DNA of 63,647 nt, counting the filler, from Stramenopiles sp. TOSAG23-3 (lineage: Eukaryota), in NCBI GenBank assembly GCA_900128585.1. It is 17 parts of 17 records of this genome, joined end to end, with 100 filler letters (N's around TTAATTAATTAA, not from the genome) between each part and the next. Parts side by side here need not be neighbours in the genome. Positions count along the whole stretch, not along the records: positions 52,543 to 56,180 come from LT644143.1; positions 56,281 to 59,917 come from LT644144.1; positions 60,018 to 63,647 come from LT644145.1; 14 more parts are not named here. One strand, given 5' to 3'. Numbering within the stretch: position 1 is the stretch's first letter; each line of letters starts with the position of its first letter. Shown piece after piece: positions 54,045 to 63,647 of the stretch. Under the pieces are notes generated by a model. That model saw only the letters and a program-made list of their open reading frames with translations. It made no database searches and had not been told where the DNA came from. The position numbers and the translations under genes are program-made.

Positions 54045-55799
54045 ATGGCGTTTCGTAAGATTCTTGGGGGCGTGGTATGTGCACAAATTGGAGGCGCCGG
54101 GTACGGTTACTACTGGGCGACGACAAATTTAGGAGAAGATGCTGTGGAACGTATCATGAGGTATGATAAAGTGGTGATGCCAATGATCTTACAGTACAAA
54201 TGGCTGGAAGCGAAATGCGAAAAGCTCCCGAAGATTTTGCCATCCATTTTTCCGCCGGTTTCATTTGAAGAGGAACAGAGGCAGTTCGAGGTCCTGCACA
54301 AGAAGTTTGCGCCTGCAGCCGTAGACATACATATGGAGCTCGGCGGGTTTTACTACAAATCGGGCCAGAAAATAGCATCGAATATGGGCGGGATCTCTCC
54401 AAAGCCATGGATAGACGCGTTTCAACCGTTTCTTAACGACATCCCGGCGAGGGACCCCAAGGAGGTGCGAACGGTGCTGGAGGAGGGCCTGGGAAAGAAG
54501 CGTGAGGAGGTATTCTCTTCCTGGGAGGAAGAACCGCTGGGGTGCGCATCCATCGGGCAAGTCCACAGGGCAACGCTTCGAAGTTCCGGGGAAAAGGTCG
54601 TGGTGAAAGTGCAGAATCCAAATGCAGAGCAGACCTTCCGGGGAGACGTGTTTGCACTGCGGACGCTGATTGATATGTTTATGCCCCAGCTCTCGGTGGC
54701 ATTTGACGAAATACAGAAACAGTTCGCCACCGAGTTTGATTACCGGGGAGAGTGCCAGAATGCGATAGACATTCGCAACAATTTGAAACACGCGTTTCCT
54801 GATGTCATCGTACCAAAAGTGTACTACGATCTGTGCTCCCAGAGGGTAATGGTCATGGAGGAAGTCGAGAAATCTGAACCGCTCCATGATGTGCTGAAAA
54901 AACAGTTGGAAAAGCTGGCCAAGCAACGCGGGGTCTCCACGGAAGAGTTCATGACATTGGAAAAAAAACGCATGCACGAGGAAGCCAAGCAGTTGAAAGG
55001 GCAGATGGCCCCGTCCATCAGTGCAGAGTCGTACGACGCATACATTAAACTTCAGCAAGGTCGCTATGCAGCGTCCTACGCCTACCGGACGGCGTACAAC
55101 TGGACACTTGGGTGGGTGCTGCCAAACTATGACATGAAAGCCCTGGACGATGAAATCATCGTTCCCTTGAACGCATGCCGCCTCATCGACCTCCTCTTTC
55201 GCACGCACGGGCACGAGGTCCTCGTGGACGGATGCTTCAACGCCGATCCGCACCCTGGGAACATCTTGTGCACCGAGGGGGGTCAGATTGCCCTGATTGA
55301 CTACGGTCAAGTGAAGCGGATCTCAATGGAGCAGAGGGTTGATTTCGCAAAAAGTATTTTGTTGGTCGAGGCAGCGTTGAAACTGGACCCCCGTGTGAAC
55401 GAAAATGTGGACGAGGATGCACACCGTGCGGCCCGGCAGAGTGTCGTGGCACATGCGGTGAAGTCTGGCATGAGAACGGAAAAGATGCTTGACGATACGT
55501 TCTATGAGATGTGCGTTGTGTACTTTGGCCGGATGGACCAGCCGTTTTTGTACCCGGACAATGCCCTGCAATGGACGGACAAGATACAAGAACAGGACCC
55601 TATTGGAAACATTGACGATGTCGATTACCTGGTGATGGTTAACACAAACTCTATGATGCTCCGTGGGTTGGGGGAAATGTTAGGGCAGCCGCGTAATCTG
55701 GCGAAAGCATGGGCACCGCTTGCTCGGCAACTCCTTCGTGAGCAGGGGAAACTTGTTGAAACGGATGAAGAGATTGCAAACTGGACCAAGAAGGTGTAA
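54045..55799 (+). CDS. ABC1/ADCK (UbiB-family) atypical kinase
   Basis: GGFYYKSGQ, PLGCASIGQVHRA, VVVKVQ, EFDY..E, FNADPHPGNI and LIDYGQ. Confidence 0.93.
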   Translation: MAFRKILGGVVCAQIGGAGYGYYWATTNLGEDAVERIMRYDKVVMPMILQYKWLEAKCEKLPKILPSIFPPVSFEEEQRQFEVLHKKFAPAAVDIHMELGGFYYKSGQKIASNMGGISPKPWIDAFQPFLNDIPARDPKEVRTVLEEGLGKKREEVFSSWEEEPLGCASIGQVHRATLRSSGEKVVVKVQNPNAEQTFRGDVFALRTLIDMFMPQLSVAFDEIQKQFATEFDYRGECQNAIDIRNNLKHAFPDVIVPKVYYDLCSQRVMVMEEVEKSEPLHDVLKKQLEKLAKQRGVSTEEFMTLEKKRMHEEAKQLKGQMAPSISAESYDAYIKLQQGRYAASYAYRTAYNWTLGWVLPNYDMKALDDEIIVPLNACRLIDLLFRTHGHEVLVDGCFNADPHPGNILCTEGGQIALIDYGQVKRISMEQRVDFAKSILLVEAALKLDPRVNENVDEDAHRAARQSVVAHAVKSGMRTEKMLDDTFYEMCVVYFGRMDQPFLYPDNALQWTDKIQEQDPIGNIDDVDYLVMVNTNSMMLRGLGEMLGQPRNLAKAWAPLARQLLREQGKLVETDEEIANWTKKV

Positions 55800-56101
55800 A
55801 AAGGGTTGAACAAGTACATAAACATGGCTTGAATTATTATTACTAAATCGAAAATAATAAATATTTTCTCTGTCCACCTTCCTACCTACCTTTGGAGACT
55901 CGTCTGTCGATAAAAGTTAAGACTATCAATGTGATTTTAAGTCATTTACAACAACTATGTATTTCATGTAGTATTTATTGTATCTTATCCTATTTAAGGG
56001 TGCTAAATGTATTGTTGAAATGTCCTAGATAAAAAAACAAGGGAAAGTATAGTAAGTATATATAGCGAGGAGAAAAGGATGATGGGTGTGATGGGGAAGG
56101 G

Positions 56102-56103
<2 letters not shown>

Positions 56104-56179
<76 letters not shown>

Positions 56180-56180
56180 A
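56104..56180. repeat. (GAAA)n microsatellite
   Basis: Perfect tetramer run to the contig end. Confidence 0.95.
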
Positions 56181-56280
56181 NNNNNNNNNNNNNNNNNNNN
56201 NNNNNNNNNNNNNNNNNNNNNNNNTTAATTAATTAANNNNNNNNNNNNNNNNNNNNNNNNNNNNNNNNNNNNNNNNNNNN

Positions 56281-58602
56281 GCCCAAATGCTAGTGGAAAA
56301 ATTGGCAAGCGCGACGGCAAATGCTCTGACGCCCTCGTCGGAAATGCACGAAGCGCGGGAGGCCTCCCCCAAGAGGACCCGGAGAGCCCTGCGGGAACCG
56401 CTGGCGAACCTCCTGTCCCCGCTGTTTTCAAAGGACCCCGGCTTTGGGGTCGAGGATGGGGACGACGTTGGGGGGTCGGGGGGCGCCCAGAAAGAGGCCG
56501 GCGAGGAGGACGGCCATGGCGCCCCTGCCTCGGACGACGACGCGACGGACCGCTGGGTGAGCGCAACCGCGGCCGAGGGGGAGCAAGCGGGCGATGTGAA
56601 GCAAGCGGGCGGTGTCGAGTTGGTGGACTCCCCCTCCCACGGGAACGGCGCGCCGGAGGAGGCGAAAGCGGACCGGAAGCCGCGCCGGGCCAAGCCCGTG
56701 CGAGAGACGGGCACGGGGAAGGTGTCCAATTTTCTCAAGATGCTGGAAGAGACCGACGCAAAAGCCGAGAGAGAGTTGTCGACGACGATGTCGCGCCTCT
56801 CCTCCCCCTCGGGGGCGCAAGACGAGAGTTCAAGCTTCTTGAGCAATTCCCACGTCGCCCTGAGCGAGCAGGCCGTCCGGGCCCAAAACGTGGCAGCCCG
56901 CGGGGACCAGCCGGCCCAGGACGACTGGGAGCGCCAAAGCAGCATTAGCGCCTACGCCCCCAGCCTCAGCGGAATAAGCACCGCCCAATCAAGCGTCTAC
57001 GGCAGCGTTCGGGGCCGCATGACCAGCATCACCATGGAGTTGGAGGACAAGACGCGCACGCTGACCGCAATGAAGCAAAAGCTGCGCCAGGAGCGGTCGC
57101 GCGTCCGTGACCTGGAGGAGCACATGGCGAAGCAGGAGGCCCGCAAAATAAAGGGCGTCCGAGAAGAGTACGAGGACACCATACAAAGGCACCTGAGCTT
57201 CATCGACCGCCTGCTGGCGGACAAGCAGACCCTGTCGGAGAAGTGCGACGCGCTTGCGTCCGAGCTGAAGCGCGTCGAAAACATGTACTCCGGGGGGGTC
57301 GGCGAGCTGAAGGAAAGGCACGCCGCCGAAATGAAGAAGCAGAAAGACGCCTGGTTGGCGCAGGAGAAAGTGCGCCGAGAGAAATGGATGGAGGACAAGA
57401 CCAGGGAGATCAAAACGACGACGATCAAGGGCTTAGAGCCCGAGGTCCAGCGCATTTTGTCCAAGCACAAGCGGGAGCTGCGCCGCATAGACGAGAGGAA
57501 GCAAGACGAGCTGCGCCAGGCCAAGGAGGAGCTCGTAGCGAGGCACGAGGAGAGCTTGCGTGTGGTCCGTGAGCGATACGAGGAAGAGAAGGAGCACGCC
57601 CTGTCCACGGAGCACGGGAACTGGAGGGACAAGCTGAACGACGTCACTGACGAGTGCGAGGCACGCGTGAACGAGATACGGGACCGCCTGGAAGACCGGG
57701 TCGAGCGCCAGAGAAACCGTTTCGAGAAAGAGCGCGCGGACATGATCAAGCGCCACGCCATGCAGGTAGACAAAGTGCAGCGGCAGGAGGTGAAGAAGAG
57801 GGAGGAACTAGAAGCACGGCACACGTCGTTGCTCGAAGACTTGCAGGCAAAGCAAGACGCGCGCATGACCGTGGAGTCTGCGCGCTTCGTGGAGCAGCGG
57901 AACGAGTGGCAGCGGCTTCTGGAGGAAAAGCTCAGGCAGGAGGCGGTCAAGAAGGAGCAAAAATTAAGGGACAGGCTTCGGGAAGAGCGAGACGCCCAAA
58001 TAGACGAGATTATTGAGCGTTTGGACGAGGAGAACAACAAACAGCTGAGCGACTTGACGGCCGAATACGAATCGAGAATACGAGACATGGAGAGGCAGCA
58101 CAACGTTGCCCTGGGCGACCAGGACAAGTCGGCCGCAGATGCCAGAAAGCGGGCCGACCGCCTGTCCTCCCAGTTGGAAGCGTCCAAGGACAGGTGCGAC
58201 AGTTTAGAGGCCAGGCTGGACGAGGCCCAAGACGAAATCTCCGTGTTCAAGGACAAGCTTGGCCGCCTTACACGCGTCGCGGACGACAAAGAGATCAACC
58301 TGCGCCGAGAGTACGCCGAGAAGCGAAGCGGGGATTTGAAGGCCATCGACGGGTTGAAAGTACAAGTGGTCCGACTCCAAAACCAAGTTGCTTCGTTCGA
58401 GGAAGAACGAGAGGAAATCGTAGAAGCAGAGCGGCGCAAGAAAGAAGACGAGATCGATACGCTCCAGGCAAGGGTGGAGCAGACCATCTCTAGAAAAGAC
58501 TCGTTGATTAAGATGCTTCAAGAGCAGGTCGAAGATTTGTCCGTGCGGGCCAAAACAGCAGAAATGCTACTAGAGAGGCAGCGCACTGAATTGCTATCTT
58601 AA
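56281..58602 (+). CDS. CEP131: Centrosomal protein CEP131/AZI1 (probably 5'-partial)
   Basis: YEDTIQRHLSFIDRLLADKQTLSEKC and EKVRREKWMEDKTREIKTTTIKGLEPEVQRI signature blocks within a long coiled coil. Confidence 0.9.
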   Translation, partial: AQMLVEKLASATANALTPSSEMHEAREASPKRTRRALREPLANLLSPLFSKDPGFGVEDGDDVGGSGGAQKEAGEEDGHGAPASDDDATDRWVSATAAEGEQAGDVKQAGGVELVDSPSHGNGAPEEAKADRKPRRAKPVRETGTGKVSNFLKMLEETDAKAERELSTTMSRLSSPSGAQDESSSFLSNSHVALSEQAVRAQNVAARGDQPAQDDWERQSSISAYAPSLSGISTAQSSVYGSVRGRMTSITMELEDKTRTLTAMKQKLRQERSRVRDLEEHMAKQEARKIKGVREEYEDTIQRHLSFIDRLLADKQTLSEKCDALASELKRVENMYSGGVGELKERHAAEMKKQKDAWLAQEKVRREKWMEDKTREIKTTTIKGLEPEVQRILSKHKRELRRIDERKQDELRQAKEELVARHEESLRVVRERYEEEKEHALSTEHGNWRDKLNDVTDECEARVNEIRDRLEDRVERQRNRFEKERADMIKRHAMQVDKVQRQEVKKREELEARHTSLLEDLQAKQDARMTVESARFVEQRNEWQRLLEEKLRQEAVKKEQKLRDRLREERDAQIDEIIERLDEENNKQLSDLTAEYESRIRDMERQHNVALGDQDKSAADARKRADRLSSQLEASKDRCDSLEARLDEAQDEISVFKDKLGRLTRVADDKEINLRREYAEKRSGDLKAIDGLKVQVVRLQNQVASFEEEREEIVEAERRKKEDEIDTLQARVEQTISRKDSLIKMLQEQVEDLSVRAKTAEMLLERQRTELLS

Positions 58603-58773
58603 CTTAAAACTCTCGAAAGTCACACATACAAAAACAATCAAAATCAATCATCCCCATATTATTTATTTTTTTATTTCAGTTGTGTGCACTCTCCTCACAA
58701 AAAGAAGTACGACCTGGTATTTTAGTATCTCGTACATCATCTACCATCCAACGCTCCAGGAATTTTTGCAAGG

Positions 58774-59052
58774 ATGCATCCTGCTGCAAAACGAGTGTTC
58801 TACAGGAAACGAATGAACGAATTGGAAGCGTTCCAACCAAAATGCGAGCAAATGAGGTTCAAAGTGTTCTGTAACCATTGCGACAAGTTCGATGACTCTG
58901 ACTTTGATGAATGCATGATGGAAAGTAACCCGGTCGAATCGCCCAGGTTGAAGGCGCTCTGTTTGCGTGAAGACTTGAAAGCACTAGAGAAAGTGCTGTC
59001 GCAGAAAAGAAAGTTGCGTGCACACAGTGGGGTATCCTCGTTGTTTGCTTAA
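58774..59052 (+). CDS. Small hypothetical protein
   Basis: 92-aa ATG ORF with coding-like composition between AT-rich flanks; no motif recognised. Confidence 0.4.
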   Translation: MHPAAKRVFYRKRMNELEAFQPKCEQMRFKVFCNHCDKFDDSDFDECMMESNPVESPRLKALCLREDLKALEKVLSQKRKLRAHSGVSSLFA

Positions 59053-59245
59053 ATATTTTTTAACTCTGTAAATATTTAAAAAAGGCCGGGGTCTTTTTTT
59101 TTCTTCTTTCAATTGAGATAATCTTGAGAGTCTTAAAACATACTATATAATTAGTTTTTTTACTGAGGTAAATACCAAAGAAGAGGGCAAAAGAGGAGAG
59201 GTGTGCAGAACTATTATTCCATCTCTAGCAGACCACTACTTTATA

Positions 59246-59917
59246 TTAAGATTTCTTTGTAATAAACGCGTCCGGTTCATAGTCAGGACTGTCCATAGGG
59301 GACGGCTGTTGTGGTAAAAACTGCCGCGGCCCTGCTGGTAGTGGTGACGGGTGCTGTTGTGTTTGGGGTCCCATTGAATATCGGAGTGGCGTCCCATTGG
59401 GGTCATAGACCACCCCCCCCATTGACGCAGTTCCCACCTGCCCTGTTGGTAGTGATGCTGGCCCAAATAGTGGATTGATTTGCCCACTGTTGGCCAAATC
59501 TGGGGTTGGCAATGGTTCATTGAACGGTAAGCGTGTTGGTTGCAATGATGATGGCGGCGTATCGGGTATTCCTTGCATTTCGTATTCAAGGGGAACAGCA
59601 GCCTGTTCTGGTGCATGTGCTGGCAAATTGGACCGCGCTTTTCTTGATCTTAATTTCTGAAGAACATAAAGAATGGATACACCAAGTATCAACATGCCAG
59701 TAAGCACAACAACCAACCCAGTTGTGTCATACCCACTGGGTTCACTGTATTTGACATCTGTGGTGTCATTAATTGGTTCTGTGGTGTCATTAATTGGTTC
59801 CTTAATTGGTGGCATCAATGCGGCAAAGGCTTGATAGTTTGAAAATATCGTGACCACACCACTTATCAGTCCAGGGTCGCTGCCTCCATAAGCACTATTG
59901 CCCCATGCTTTCACACT
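59246..59917 (-). CDS. C-terminus of a membrane protein: RCC1-like beta repeat, TM helix and Pro-rich tail (5'-partial)
   Basis: VKAWGNSAYGG...VVTIFSNYQAFAAL repeat, EPINDTT x2, TM LVVVLTGMLILGVSILYVL. Confidence 0.7.
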   Translation of the reverse strand, partial: SVKAWGNSAYGGSDPGLISGVVTIFSNYQAFAALMPPIKEPINDTTEPINDTTDVKYSEPSGYDTTGLVVVLTGMLILGVSILYVLQKLRSRKARSNLPAHAPEQAAVPLEYEMQGIPDTPPSSLQPTRLPFNEPLPTPDLANSGQINPLFGPASLPTGQVGTASMGGVVYDPNGTPLRYSMGPQTQQHPSPLPAGPRQFLPQQPSPMDSPDYEPDAFITKKS

Positions 59918-60096
59918 NNNNNNNNNNNNNNNNNNNNNNNNNNNNNNNNNNNNNNNNNNNNTTAATTAATTAANNNNNNNNNNNNNNNNNNNNNNNNNNN
60001 NNNNNNNNNNNNNNNNNCTTCGATAAAGTTCTGGACGATTGATATAAACTAAGTAAGAACCAACTCTTTTATTAATATCAAATTATCTTTTTACTA

Positions 60097-60109
60097 GGTT
60101 ATGGGCCCA
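60097..60109 (+). promoter_or_regulatory. Primer-binding site, half-tRNAiMet type
   Basis: GGTTATGGGCCCA, the PBS type used by Drosophila copia, complementary to the anticodon arm of initiator tRNA-Met. Confidence 0.85.
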
Positions 60110-60155
60110 AAGCGCACACAGCACTTTGGGATTCACTTGAAATAAAGAAAATAAA

Positions 60156-61061
60156 ATGCAACAAAATATTCTACCAGTCGAGTCGTACAAGAAACTGTAC
60201 GATGGCGATTACGAATACTTCAACAAATTCAGCGAAGAGATCAAGAGTCTTCTGCGTCCACTCAATTCACTATCAGGGTTGCTGCTGGATGACACCATTT
60301 CGGTTGTCAAAATGAAGCGAGGTCCCAGCACGAATTACCAACAATCAGGGAAACTTACCACGAGTTTACAACTGCTGCACTCAGTGATACGCTCGTACAA
60401 AGGAGTCGGTAAGACAGATCTGATCGAAATAACAAAGGACGCCCTAGAGGGATGTCCATCTAGCGTAAGAGACGTTATCCAAGAAATTATCACTGATACG
60501 TCTGAAAGTCAAGAAAAAGAAAGGATGAAAACCCCTGAAAAATTCTATTCAGAATGCGATCTCCATCCAACTGGCAAACTGACGGAAGAAATCCCGTGGG
60601 GAGAATTGATTGAAGCCGTGGAGACGGACGAAAATTATGAATTCCGCGAGGCAAACAAGCTATGGGCGACGCATGAACTTGACCTCCTTGGAGGATTCAG
60701 ATCGCTTTCAAAGACCGATCAAGGAAAGATTCTAAGAACGGGAATAATATCGCGGAAGCAAATTAATGAAGCGATAGCTGTGATTACAGACGTGGTCCAC
60801 AAAAAGCTCTCGGACACAGCCAAGGAAATCTCTAAGCTGCACGATGAAAACACAGGCCAACTGAAGGACGGATATGAAATATACAAGATCCTAAGTACGC
60901 CGACTACAAATGAAATGAAAAACTTAATTATTACCGCTAGCAAGTTATTCTCTGATCGCGGTACCATGACAAGCGAGCAACACTTACGCGAAACTTTCCG
61001 GAACTGTCGCTCCTTTGAACGAGCAATTAAGAGCCTGAACACTGATCTTGAGCCTTCCTAA
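60156..61061 (+). CDS. Gag-like ORF without a CCHC knuckle
   Basis: Starts 46 nt after the PBS; KLYDGDYEYF and DGYEIYKIL loosely match Copia capsid motifs. Confidence 0.65.
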   Translation: MQQNILPVESYKKLYDGDYEYFNKFSEEIKSLLRPLNSLSGLLLDDTISVVKMKRGPSTNYQQSGKLTTSLQLLHSVIRSYKGVGKTDLIEITKDALEGCPSSVRDVIQEIITDTSESQEKERMKTPEKFYSECDLHPTGKLTEEIPWGELIEAVETDENYEFREANKLWATHELDLLGGFRSLSKTDQGKILRTGIISRKQINEAIAVITDVVHKKLSDTAKEISKLHDENTGQLKDGYEIYKILSTPTTNEMKNLIITASKLFSDRGTMTSEQHLRETFRNCRSFERAIKSLNTDLEPS

Positions 61062-63413
61062 AATCGGCTCAGAACCTTCGGCAGTATTTGCTACTTTCAC
61101 GAACGGAGCGTAACATCACACAAACACGATAGCACCAAAGAATTAATATTCGTCGGGTTCAATATCGATGAACCATACCGTGCAATTGATCCACGGACAC
61201 AAGGCCGCAAGATAATATCGTCTTGGCATGCCATATTTGACGAAACAAAAGTCCCCAGGGACTGGCTCAAGAATATTACCGTGTCAAGACTTAAGCCTAT
61301 TCCTATTTGGACAGATACCGACCCCGATGACGATAACGAACCACTTACGTTTAATCCACCACCTGCCTCGACTTCAGAAGGGGTAGAAAGTGATAAAGAA
61401 GAAAAACTCGACCATGGAGAAGTGGAAGAGAGGGGACCTACACCGGCAGATGATGACGATAATGTCAGGAAAGAAGGTGAAGCTCTGACTCAACCATCAC
61501 CACCCAGAAAAATATTGCCACAACGATCGACAAGGGGAAAACTCAAAACAACTTGGAGTCCCACACTTGAGAGTGTCAAAACATATCCGAAAGACCAACG
61601 CAACAGCACCAAACCGAGTACTTATATTGCGGAAGCATTTCTAGCGATAGGAACATTTCTATCGTGCTCCATGATAGCGGACGACGAAACAAAAGACCCA
61701 AAATTTAGTGAGGCAAAACTCAAGGATGTTAGCAAAGAGAAAAGAGACGAAACACTGCTAAGAGATACTTACCCAAAAGCGTGGGGAATCAAAAACCCCA
61801 AGTCAATCAAATCAGCACAGAAGTCACCGTACTGGCCAGAATGGGAGAAAGCGATAGAAGTCGAGATCAGGAACCTAATGAACCATGACACATTCACATA
61901 CGAAGATACCGACAGACAAAGGAAACTCGGCACGAAATTCGTATTTGTAGCAAAACACGATAAAGAAGGGAATATCACCAAATTCAAGGCAAGATTAGTC
62001 GCAAAAGGATATGAGCAAATCCACCTACTGCACTACGACAAAACGTTCGCACCCGTGGCCTACATGAGCTCGATTCTCATGCTGCTAGTGATTTCGGTCA
62101 CGCTTTCCCTATCGTTGTTTATGATGGACTTCAAAGGAGCCTTTTTGCACTCCCTAATGCCTAAAGAGTACCCAGTGTACATCGAAACCCCCTATGGCAT
62201 GCATTGCCCACCTAATAGAGTGATCAGACTCAATAAATCACTATACGGTACGAAAAACGCGGGTCACCTCTGGTGGGAGGACTTAAAGAAACTCCTGATC
62301 AGCGAAGGATTCACCCAGAGCACACACGACCAATGTGTGTTCTATCGACGAGACAAGAAAACAGGAACCATAACGTTACTGGCGACCTGGGTAGACGATG
62401 TACTGGTTTGTTCAAACGATCCTGACATTACCAACTTGAAAAGAAAACTGGAGAAAAAGAAATTCCAAATTAGTACCTTTGAAAAACTCGAATGGTTCTT
62501 AGGGATCTCCATTGAAGTGCAGGAAGATGGCTCGATTATACTCGACCAATCAGCCTACATAGAACACCTACTCAATAAATTTAGTATGACCGAATGCCAT
62601 ACAGTATCCACACCGATAAGCCATAACGAGTTAAACCAGGAAGATGTGTCACCCAAAATAGACACGACCAAGGTTCCATACCGAGGCTTAGTAGGCGGAC
62701 TATCTCACCTTGCTCGATTCACTAGGAGTGACATCCTCTATGCGGTATTTTACTTTGCTCGGTTCCAGAAATCGCCTAATCAAGCGCATTGGAAGGGCCT
62801 CAAGCGAATTTTAAGATACCTAAAAGGGACGAAAGATGTTAAGATTCACATCCGACACCAAGGGAAAGAAGGGGAATTCCTACTTGAAGCATTCGTTGAC
62901 GCCGACTGGGCAACAGCCAAGAGTGACTACAAATCCACGTCGGGCTACTGCATCAAGCTAAATGGTAACAATGTTATGTGTGTGTCCCGCAAACAAAAAG
63001 CAACAGCACAATCCTCCTGTGAGGCCGAGTTATACGCCGCCGGCGTATGCACGATGGACCTAATATGGGCACGAAACATCCTCGAGGACATACTGTCAAT
63101 AAAATTCCCACCAACAAAACTTTACTGCGACAACCAAGCTGTTATCGACAACGTAAAGGGGGATAAAAATTCCAAGCGACTGAAACACTGCATGGTCAAA
63201 CTGAACTTACTACGTGACCACAACAATAGGGAGATCTCTCTTCAGAAAGTGCACACAAAAGAGAATACAGCAGATATTTTCACCAAAGTGCTACATCGGG
63301 GACCGTTCGAATATCTCCGAGAGAAGCTATTGCCCAATTCGAGGGTTCCACCACAGCATGTTCAACAGTTAGTTGGTTCTCATTTTCTAAATGGAATATT
63401 GAGATGTATGTGA
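61062..63413 (+). CDS. Copia pol remnant: SH3-like domain, reverse transcriptase and RNase H
   Basis: NRLRTFGSICY...FVGF...YRAIDP...AIFDE; KFKARLVAKGY, DFKGAFLH, LNKSLYGTK, WVDD; DADWA, SSCEAEL, CDNQ, NTADIFTK. Confidence 0.93.
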   Translation, partial: NRLRTFGSICYFHERSVTSHKHDSTKELIFVGFNIDEPYRAIDPRTQGRKIISSWHAIFDETKVPRDWLKNITVSRLKPIPIWTDTDPDDDNEPLTFNPPPASTSEGVESDKEEKLDHGEVEERGPTPADDDDNVRKEGEALTQPSPPRKILPQRSTRGKLKTTWSPTLESVKTYPKDQRNSTKPSTYIAEAFLAIGTFLSCSMIADDETKDPKFSEAKLKDVSKEKRDETLLRDTYPKAWGIKNPKSIKSAQKSPYWPEWEKAIEVEIRNLMNHDTFTYEDTDRQRKLGTKFVFVAKHDKEGNITKFKARLVAKGYEQIHLLHYDKTFAPVAYMSSILMLLVISVTLSLSLFMMDFKGAFLHSLMPKEYPVYIETPYGMHCPPNRVIRLNKSLYGTKNAGHLWWEDLKKLLISEGFTQSTHDQCVFYRRDKKTGTITLLATWVDDVLVCSNDPDITNLKRKLEKKKFQISTFEKLEWFLGISIEVQEDGSIILDQSAYIEHLLNKFSMTECHTVSTPISHNELNQEDVSPKIDTTKVPYRGLVGGLSHLARFTRSDILYAVFYFARFQKSPNQAHWKGLKRILRYLKGTKDVKIHIRHQGKEGEFLLEAFVDADWATAKSDYKSTSGYCIKLNGNNVMCVSRKQKATAQSSCEAELYAAGVCTMDLIWARNILEDILSIKFPPTKLYCDNQAVIDNVKGDKNSKRLKHCMVKLNLLRDHNNREISLQKVHTKENTADIFTKVLHRGPFEYLREKLLPNSRVPPQHVQQLVGSHFLNGILRCM

Positions 63414-63559
63414 ACAACTTAACTGCCCTGCGAATAGTATTATTATTATTTTTGCAATAATAATAATAATAATATCATTGATGATATTGATGATCGAAGC
63501 AGTCGTCCGGATACAGTTGAGATTTGACACCGTTAAACAGAATGATCTGTTATAACGGT

Positions 63560-63568
63560 GAGAAGGGG
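63560..63568 (+). promoter_or_regulatory. Putative polypurine tract
   Basis: GAGAAGGGG immediately before the inferred 3' LTR start at 63569. Confidence 0.6.
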
Positions 63569-63647
63569 TAGAGAAATGAGACTTCTCTATTCTACATTTG
63601 AGTAGATTACGCGGAAGATACATAGATGAGGAAAACCTTGAAGTCAC

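Larger units (their letters stand above)
60018..63647 (+). mobile_element. Ty1/Copia LTR retrotransposon with a complete interior, lacking protease and integrase core
   Basis: LTR remnant, PBS, gag-like ORF, post-integrase SH3-like block, RT, RNase H, PPT and LTR start, in that order. Confidence 0.9.

Noticed and set aside
63438-63488. (TAT)n/(ATA)n hairpin and AATATCAT-TG-ATGATATT palindrome in the Copia 3' UTR
   Set aside because: AT-only simple-repeat stems arise easily by chance; no independent support for function.
1-63647. Functional gene clustering across the window (for example ciliary genes, or transposons near RecQ)
   Set aside because: Contigs are concatenated by length, so cross-spacer neighbourhood is meaningless.

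Overview
The window is not contiguous genome. It is 17 eukaryotic contigs of about 3.63-3.67 kb, sorted by decreasing length and joined by 100-nt spacers (44 N + TTAATTAATTAA + 44 N), so adjacency across a spacer means nothing. Contigs: 1-3673, 3774-7444, 7545-11204, 11305-14962, 15063-18719, 18820-22476, 22577-26230, 26331-29979, 30080-33725, 33826-37471, 37572-41217, 41318-44963, 45064-48704, 48805-52442, 52543-56180, 56281-59917, 60018-63647. The source looks like an intron-poor flagellated protist using the standard code, with GC-richer CDS and AT- and microsatellite-rich intergenic DNA; stramenopile-like is my inference. Recognisable genes are IFT81, CEP131, Sec61beta, an organellar HisRS, a RecQ/WRN-like helicase, an SLC44 choline transporter-like protein, a GARP/MYB factor, an ABC1 kinase, a rhodanese, an AlkB-like dioxygenase, an LRRC61-like protein and an NTT-like transporter. 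Three transposon classes are present: Tc1 DD34E, MULE and Copia. Best leads: (1) a Copia element whose whole PBS-to-PPT interior lacks protease and integrase core but keeps intact RT/RNase H behind one in-frame stop, with apparent TA...TA LTR termini; (2) a Tc1 transposase paired with a convergent orphan ORF; (3) a MITE-like family of about 240 bp and a strongly recurrent intergenic ATGCTGTGT motif; (4) two unannotated PPR gene ends forming an inverted repeat around one contig; (5) two frame switches that can each be resolved by a 73-nt GT-AG intron; (6) an acidic/polycationic repeat protein. All calls come from motif recognition by eye; no searches were run.
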